Program-made: the position numbers and the translations under genes | Notes under the pieces: generated by a model | The model's input: the letters and a program-made list of their open reading frames with translations, nothing else | Database searches by the model: none | Told to the model about the DNA's origin: nothing | DNA from: Octopus sinensis | Lineage: Eukaryota | Length of the DNA: 16,940 nt | Assembly (NCBI RefSeq): GCF_006345805.1 | Contig: NW_021824996.1 | Span: forward strand, 1 to 16,940 | Reading direction: 5' to 3' | In this document: positions 10,930-16,940 of the stretch, piece by piece | Layout: each line of letters opens with the position of its first letter | How positions within the stretch are numbered: position 1 is the first letter of the stretch

Positions 10930-11144
10930 CAGAGTCGTCCAAAAGTAGGTTTACGTAGGCACTTTCAAATTCTTTTAAAACATTTTATTACATTTAAATT
11001 TCTATCGTACAAACTGAAATGGGAGCTTGACAAAATTTACTAAATTAGCATAGAATAATGATTTCAATTTTGTTTATAATTGAGTTTATGTGTGAACGCG
11101 AAAAAGATTGTTGAATACTGTAAACCTACTTTTGGGCCATCCTG
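10930..11144. mobile_element. Tc1/mariner-type MITE, 215 bp, TA target duplication
   Basis: Left end TA|CAGAGTCGTCCAAAAGTAGGTTTAC; the right end read on the minus strand is TA|CAGGATGGCCCAAAAGTAGGTTTAC. The inner 16 bp of the TIRs are identical and there is no coding capacity. Confidence 0.88.
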
Positions 11145-11459
11145 TATATATGTATATATGTATATATGTATATATGTGTGGGTGTGTGTCTGTGTCTGTG
11201 TATCTGTATCTGTGTCTGTGTGTGTGTGTGTGTGTGTGCAAATGTAGATGCATCTATCATTGTATCTATTGAATCTATGTGACTATGCACATGTGGCGTC
11301 TATTGGATGGCGCAATGGGAATTACAATACTGATGAAATGTCTTGAAAACAGTGAATTAGAGATAGACTTTTATTCTAAGCTGATAGCAGTTGAAACACA
11401 ATTTGCAATTTCTCATTCCCTCTCCTATGGGAACTAAAAATATTTAAACGACATTTTTC

Positions 11460-11710
11460 ATACGTATGTACGTAAATATCTACTCATCCAAAACATATAT
11501 ACGTATATACATACATACATATATATATACATATATATATATATATGTATAATATATATATATATATATAGATATATATATATATATAATATATATAGAT
11601 AGATAGATAGATAGGTAGGTAGAAAGGTAGATAGATAGATAGATAGATAGATAGATATAGATAGATTGATAGATAGAGAGACAGAGAGACAGAGAGACAG
11701 ACAGACAGAG

Positions 11711-11767
<57 letters not shown>

Positions 11768-11790
11768 CAGATAGACAGACAGACAGACAT

Positions 11791-11862
<72 letters not shown>

Positions 11863-11878
11863 GTAGGTAGGTAGGTAC
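11460..11878. repeat. Compound (TA)n/(GATA)n/(GACA)n/(GA)n/(GGTA)n block
   Basis: Read directly. Confidence 0.96.
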
Positions 11879-11897
11879 CTACTGAAGCCAACCTATT

Positions 11898-11938
11898 TCA
11901 GACTGATGAAAGGCAATGACTCTGAAACTAGTCTCTGG
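11898..11938 (+). ncRNA. Minimal type I hammerhead ribozyme motif (Penelope-like element type)
   Basis: TCAGA-CTGATGA-A-AGG caatgac TCT-GAAA-CTAG-TC-TCTGG. It has a 5-bp stem I, an intact CUGAUGA/GAAA core, a weak 3-bp stem II, a palindromic ACTAGT stem III and a GUC cleavage triplet (predicted cut after 11933). Confidence 0.65.
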
Positions 11939-12679
11939 TTGCTGGCTTTGCTGGGTGGAGGTGCTTATCTCCCCTGTTTGAAAACATAAGGACACAGAAC
12001 GCTTGAGTCAAATAGCAAACTTTAAACGGTGTTTCCAGGGGCTAAATAGCAGTAGCATTCTTCCCTTTCCTAGATCTGCCACATTAAGTTGGCAACAAAC
12101 CATCACTTCAGATAGAAATATATATATATACATATACATATATATATATATATATATATAATTATATATATACAGACATATATATGTGAGCGTGTGTGTT
12201 TATATATGCATGAGAGGTAGAGAAACACAAATAGCTTTGAAGGGGCAGAAAAGGGCCTATGTGCCTCCCTGGATGCCATATTTGAACCTCTATGACGGAG
12301 CCCTCGGTCATTCGACATTCTAAAAACCAGAAATACAATTTACTTTAAATATACATTAAGTTGTATCAACTACTTTCACAATAGCCCACACACCAACGAT
12401 AACACCACCACCATATTAAAATTTCTTAATACGTATCTATTCAAATGAAATTAATAGTCTTAAGGGAAAAATTTGCCACATAAAGGGCAACCTTAACATA
12501 AGTCTGTCCCGAGAGTTGTTTATAAAAAAGCTACTGTTCTCAGTAGGACAATCAAAATATAAGTACTTTTCTATAATTGATTTGAAATATTCTCCAAGAG
12601 TTTAGTAAAAACAAAATGCTGCTGGGCAAAAATGTATATTTAATTAATTTTGGGTTTTATCTACTTCCTATATTTTCTT

Positions 12680-12759
12680 TATAACACATGCACACGCACA
12701 CACACGCACGCATATGCTCCTGCTTACCTACATATACATGTGTGTGTGTGTGTATCAGT

Positions 12760-12797
<38 letters not shown>

Positions 12798-12866
12798 TAT
12801 GTATGTATGGTATATATATATATGTATGTATATACACATATTTACATACATATATGTATGCATACC

Positions 12867-12899
<33 letters not shown>

Positions 12900-13053
12900 A
12901 CCTATATATATACATATATATATAGACAATACATATCTATATATATACATGTATATATACATCTATATACATACATATATATATATATATATGTATACAC
13001 ACACACATATATATATATACATACATATATATTTATATATATATTATATCTAT

Positions 13054-13085
<32 letters not shown>

Positions 13086-13147
13086 ATATATATAATATAT
13101 ATGTATATATATATATATATATATATCCTATATATAGATATATATAA

Positions 13148-13194
<47 letters not shown>

Positions 13195-13210
13195 TATATT
13201 TACATATATA
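12680..13210. repeat. Long degenerate (TA)n/(CA)n array
   Basis: Read directly; poly-YI ORFs are artefacts. Confidence 0.96.
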
Positions 13211-13654
13211 TCTTCTAAGCTTCACGGGATGTAAGAGAAGTGAATGAAAGAAAGAAAAAAGATTCGCTGATTGCAAATGAATAATTTCATTATCTGAAAT
13301 GCTGATTAATTTAATAACATAACAGTAAAAAAAAAACACACATACACACAAAAAAAGCAGAAAAACAAGAAAGAAAAAAAGAAATCCCAAATCAATTCCT
13401 TCAACTCATTCATTACTAAAGACCAATATGTTTTTATTAAATTTTCGGCGTGGAATTATAGTTTTCCTTTTTTTTATATATATATTTATTTAATTATTTA
13501 GTTTTTGTTTCACTAACTTGCACTTCATATACCTTTATGCTTTGTTATATATATATATATATGTTTGTTGTCTATTCTATTGCGCAATACTTTGGGCTGG
13601 AACACATGTTCTCTCTCCTTCCTGCCCTTGTCTTTCATTCTTTGACTTTCTGTT

Positions 13655-13703
<49 letters not shown>

Positions 13704-14017
13704 AGAGCATTATAGATGTACTTAATTTAATTACTTTTCGTAAGGTCACATGTCTCGTTCATATTTAATCTATAAGAACATACTGTTCGAATAATAAAAT
13801 TATGCATTGATTTGTTTGATTTTTGTTTCTTCCCTGTTCAATAGATACATTATTTCCAATGAATTTTTTTGCTAAAGAATTCTTTGTAATGAGTGGCCAA
13901 ATTGATCAAGCATTGTATTTGAATCTGATGAGATGCGTGTTCAAATTTGCAATTCTTGGCTTTCTTTGTGTTCATTGTCGAAGCACGCAAACCTTGATCT
14001 GTTGACGTCGTTAATAC

Positions 14018-14059
14018 CTCAATGTGTCTTTGAGATCTTTTTGAATCATCTGATGTTTT
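14018..14059 (-). CDS. Tentative second exon (KTSDDSKRSQRHIE) of the X-box gene; frame stays open to a stop at 13850
   Basis: Acceptor gatcttcag and possible donor GAG|GTATTA; phase 0, compatible with exon 15448-15519. No recognisable homology. Confidence 0.2.
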
Positions 14060-14137
14060 CTGAAGATCATTTATTTTGAAACAGCAGTGTTTAATTGTGA
14101 AAACAGAACGTGAATAGAGAATTGCTATTACTGTCTG

Positions 14138-14533
14138 GTGGAGGCGCAATGGCCCAGTGGTTAGGGCAGCGGACTCGCGGTCATAGGATCGCGCCTTCGA
14201 TTCCCAGACCGGGCATTGTGTGTGTTTATTGAGCGAAAACACCTAAAGCTCCATGAGGCTCCGGCAGGGGATGGTGGTGATCCCTGCTGTACTCTTTCAC
14301 CACAACTTTCTCTCACTCTTACTCCTGTTTCTGTTTGTACCGGTATTTCAAAGGGGCCGGCCTTGTCACTCTCTCTGTGTCACGCTGAATATCCCCGAGA
14401 ACTACGTTAAGGGTACACGTGTCTGTGGAGTGCTCAGCCACTTACACGTAATTTCACACGAACAGGCTGTTCCGTTGATTCGGATCAACCGGAACCCTCA
14501 TCGCCGTAACCGACGGAGTGCTTCCATCCATCC
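14138..14533 (+). mobile_element. Full-length tRNA-derived SINE (OR-like) with 11-bp TSD
   Basis: tRNA head, shared core, long 3' body and (CATC)n tail. ATTACTGTCTG is duplicated exactly at 14127-14137 and 14534-14544. Confidence 0.95.
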
Positions 14534-14582
14534 ATTACTGTCTGAATATCAAGCCTTTGAAGACATTTCGAATCTAGGTAAC

Positions 14583-14937
14583 GCTATGTTGTTAAAAAAG
14601 CTTGCATTTCAAACAAATGGCTTCGGTTTCCGTTACAGTGAGCGACACCGTGCTATTGGATTTGATAGAAAGAAACTACAAAGAAGCCCATCGTATCTAT
14701 CTGTCTGTCTGTATGCGTGTCTTTGTGTTTGTCCCACGCGAGGCTTAACAACCGGTTTTGGTTTGTTTACATCCCCGCTGTCTAAAAGTTCAGCAAAAAG
14801 ACAATAATAGAATAAGTACCGGACTTTACAACTAAACACGTAATGTTGTCGAGTTGTTCGACTAAAATCCTTCAATGTGGTGCCCCAGAATGGCCACAAT
14901 CATATGACTGAAAGAAGTAGTAAAAGATAAAAAAAAA
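14583..14937 (+). mobile_element. Old degenerate SINE of the OK-type family with internal deletion
   Basis: Degenerate head gctatgttgttaaaaaagcttgc, aagaagccc, tttacatcccc, aatagaataagtacc, gtcgagttgttcgactaa, ggtgccccagaatggcc and an A-rich end. Confidence 0.7.
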
Positions 14938-15447
14938 CAGAATATTGAAATTGTAAAGGCTACGTATTAATATGAGAGCAAAGCGTAAGTAGGGAATTCC
15001 TCGGACTCTAAAAACAGGCCTTCAAACACGAAGGAAGAAACTGTTCAGAGCAGATTACTCTTGAAGTTACAAACTATTCTATTGAGGGAGCAAGTAGAAA
15101 ACGGAATTTGTGTGACTTAGTTTCTTTGCCACTGACGTTCCATATCTACTTTTATTTCTTATAAACTGGGAAAGGACTTTTGAGTGCCGTTGTTAATTTG
15201 TAAGATGAAGGCGTCTGAGATGAATGGCGAACTGACAGAAAGCATTGCCGAAAAAACACTGCAGACATCTTATCTGTTGGCCTGTTGGTCCCATCATTCC
15301 TCCCCCGGATATTTTCTGTTGCTGTCACAGATTTTTATTTACAAAAAATTTACAATTGTTTCCAAATTTGATGTACTTATGTAGTTTTATATGTTTATTA
15401 TGAAAATGAAATTCATTTTCGCTATATGTTAATAAATATGTTCATAC

Positions 15448-15519
15448 CTTTTCATGTCTGCCAGTTTTTGGGTAGTGTAAATAATCGAAAGCCTCATACA
15501 CATTGGCGCTGGTTTCCAT
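15448..15519 (-). CDS. Putative first exon of an unidentified gene (METSANVYEAFDYLHYPKTGRHEK), possibly partly 5' UTR
   Basis: Unique sequence ending in a good donor AAAG|GTATGA, overlapping an X-box. A later ATG (gcagacATGaaaag) is an alternative start. Confidence 0.35.
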
Positions 15520-15525
15520 AGTAAC
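15512..15525. promoter_or_regulatory. RFX X-box GTTTCCATAGTAAC
   Basis: Matches the GTHNYY-AT-RRNAAC consensus on both strands. Confidence 0.6.
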
Positions 15526-15652
15526 AATCTTAGCTGTTTTCTGCTTAAAATGAATACACTCACAACGCGTATTTTCTTTACCTATTTTCTTTGGCGAGTA
15601 CCTATGATCTGAAATTTCGTTTTTGAATTTTCGTTGCAAAAAATTTATTTAT

Positions 15653-15758
15653 TGTTTACGTGAACTGAACTATTACTATAGTATAACATACGGTTTGTTT
15701 CTTTAATAATATTTCGCATAAATATTTCATTCGGGATTTTCCTTTTTAAATTGTTTAC
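15653..15758. promoter_or_regulatory. Two forkhead-type motifs TGTTTAC (15653-15659, 15752-15758)
   Basis: Exact 7-mers 130-230 bp upstream of the X-box on the minus-strand gene; such short motifs are frequent in AT-rich DNA. Confidence 0.3.
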
Positions 15759-16231
15759 ATGCCTTTTCAAGCGTTTCTTTTGCATTATTTTAGCAGACAG
15801 AAAGAAAAAATACTGGTTTTCTCCATTGAAGTCAGAATTTTCGAAATTTTAAAATGAAGACAAAATTTTCCAATTTCTTATATTGATATAGTTTTTTACG
15901 CTGAATCTGATTTTGTTATTCATTTGTTTCAGAAAATAATTCAGAAACATGTTCACAAAAATATGTTACTGATTTCTTAACATAACATTAACAGATCATT
16001 CACTGGTCGAATTAACCTTAATCCCCAAACATAAGCCAGCCCTAAAACCTAACTCTAACTATAACTCCAGTCCAGCCTAAATCCAAGCGTACAATTTGTT
16101 TTGTAATATTTCGCAATTGAATTTCGTTCAGGACTTTTGGGCTTTTAAAAACATCTACATGGCATTTGTACTTTATTCATTAAAATTTATTAAAACTTCT
16201 TATAAATGTCATTGTCGAAATGTTTTGCTTT

Positions 16232-16285
16232 GTGACTGTGTGGTAAGAAGCTTGCTTCCCAATCATAGAGTTCCGGGTTCAATCC
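16232..16285 (+). mobile_element. Isolated tRNA-like head of OK-type SINE
   Basis: gtgactgtgtggtaagaagcttgcttccc...ttccgggttcaatcc with A and B boxes; the body is missing. Confidence 0.75.
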
Positions 16286-16339
16286 ATATGTATGTATATA
16301 TGTTCGGCATGATAGATCGGTAGCCACTAGACATAGTTT

Positions 16340-16501
16340 TTTCTCTCCTTGTTTATCTCCTCGTTTCTTTCTGTGTTCCTTTCTGTGGAAGAGCGTAGGC
16401 TCGAAACGTTAAATGCTTTTTCAATTCACGAGCGTTATACGAATACATCTGTTTGTTTTGTACACCACCTATCTTCGTCTTCTGTTTTTCGTGAATTCTC
16501 C

Positions 16502-16503
<2 letters not shown>
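16340..16503 (+). mobile_element. Penelope-like/retrozyme-like repeat unit A containing a hammerhead-like motif
   Basis: Second copy inverted at 16810-16940; ends at (TA)n. Confidence 0.65.
16380..16413 (+). ncRNA. Hammerhead-like motif with A6-to-U core change
   Basis: TTT-CTGTGGA-A-GAGC gtag GCTC-GAAA-CG-TT-AAA. Confidence 0.45.
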
Positions 16504-16540
<37 letters not shown>

Positions 16541-16541
<1 letters not shown>

Positions 16542-16753
16542 GTGATTCTTGAGCACAACCAGCTCAAATATTTTCTCCTCTGTCTTCCCTCCTTGGGATC
16601 TTTCCGTCTCCTTGTTTCCGACGAAGAGCTCCGCTCGAAACGTTAAACCTCCTCCCTTCTTTCCTGAGCGTCAATAATACTTTAATTGTTCCACGTCCTG
16701 CGTTGCTGTGTTTTTTTTTCTCTTTTTTTCTGTGTTTTCTTGTCTGGATTAAC
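16541..16753 (+). mobile_element. Related repeat unit B containing a hammerhead-like motif, between (TA)n tracts
   Basis: Shares the GAGC..GCTC-GAAACGTTAAA motif and a downstream gagcgt...aatac with unit A. Confidence 0.55.
16614..16648 (+). ncRNA. Hammerhead-like motif with U4-to-C core change
   Basis: GTTT-CCGACGA-A-GAGC tcc GCTC-GAAA-CG-TT-AAAC; 4-bp stems I and II, one substitution from CUGACGA. Confidence 0.55.
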
Positions 16754-16809
16754 TATATATATATATATATAATATATATATTATATACTATATATATATA
16801 GGGGGGGGG

Positions 16810-16940
16810 TAGAATTCATAAAAAAAGACGAAGACAGTGGTGTAGACAACAAACAGATGTATTAGTATAACGTCGGTAAGTGAATATGTCTTTAACGTTT
16901 GGAGCCTACGCTCTTCCACAGAAAGGAGCACAGAAGGAAA
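16810..16940 (-). mobile_element. Inverted copy of unit A; hammerhead-like motif at 16890-16925 with GAAA changed to CAAA
   Basis: Reverse complement ctttctgtggaagagcgtaggctccaaacgttaaag...aatacatctgtttgtt...tcttcgtctt aligns with 16364-16503; runs off the window end. Confidence 0.8.

Noticed and set aside
11325-11360. CTGATGA...GAAA hammerhead-like core
   Set aside because: Stem II is only 2 bp, there is no stem I complementarity, and G sits at the cleavage position; likely chance.
12215-12310. Possible tRNA-like fragment on minus strand (ggttcaaat)
   Set aside because: Only a B-box-like motif; no A box or matching SINE body could be supported.
11458-13390. Long YI-, SIYL- and HT-rich ORFs
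   Set aside because: Translations of (TA)n, (GATA)n and (CA)n arrays; the same applies to ORFs at 2339-2709, 3324-3687, 5537-5755 and 5999-6655.
13924-13931. CTGATGA heptamer
   Set aside because: No stem II followed by GAAA downstream.
14141-14213. tRNA gene-like sequence (also 3225-3298, 5001-5075, 10315-10390, 16232-16285)
   Set aside because: A/B boxes are present but the cloverleaf is incomplete and continues into SINE bodies; these are SINE heads, not tRNA genes.
14253-14807. 184-aa ORF
   Set aside because: Spans two adjacent SINEs; incidental reading frame.

Overview
AT-rich, microsatellite-dense eukaryotic DNA. The SINE families and repeat landscape suggest a coleoid cephalopod (Octopus-like); this is recognition from memory, not a search result. 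No intact long gene is present, and almost all ORFs in the track are microsatellite artefacts. The window holds at least eight tRNA-derived SINE copies or fragments, one full-length with an 11-bp target-site duplication. It also holds a decayed Penelope-like GIY-YIG endonuclease, a decayed R4/Dong-like LINE 3' end, a decayed DD37D (maT) Tc1/mariner element, a TA-flanked MITE and a candidate solo LTR. A putative minus-strand promoter/first exon carries a perfect RFX X-box and two forkhead motifs. The most interesting signal is four minimal type I hammerhead-ribozyme-like motifs with palindromic stem III, of the kind described for Penelope-like elements and retrozymes. One has an intact core (11898-11938); three sit in a tandem-plus-inverted cluster at 16340-16940 and carry core substitutions. 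Host-gene exon calls are tentative.
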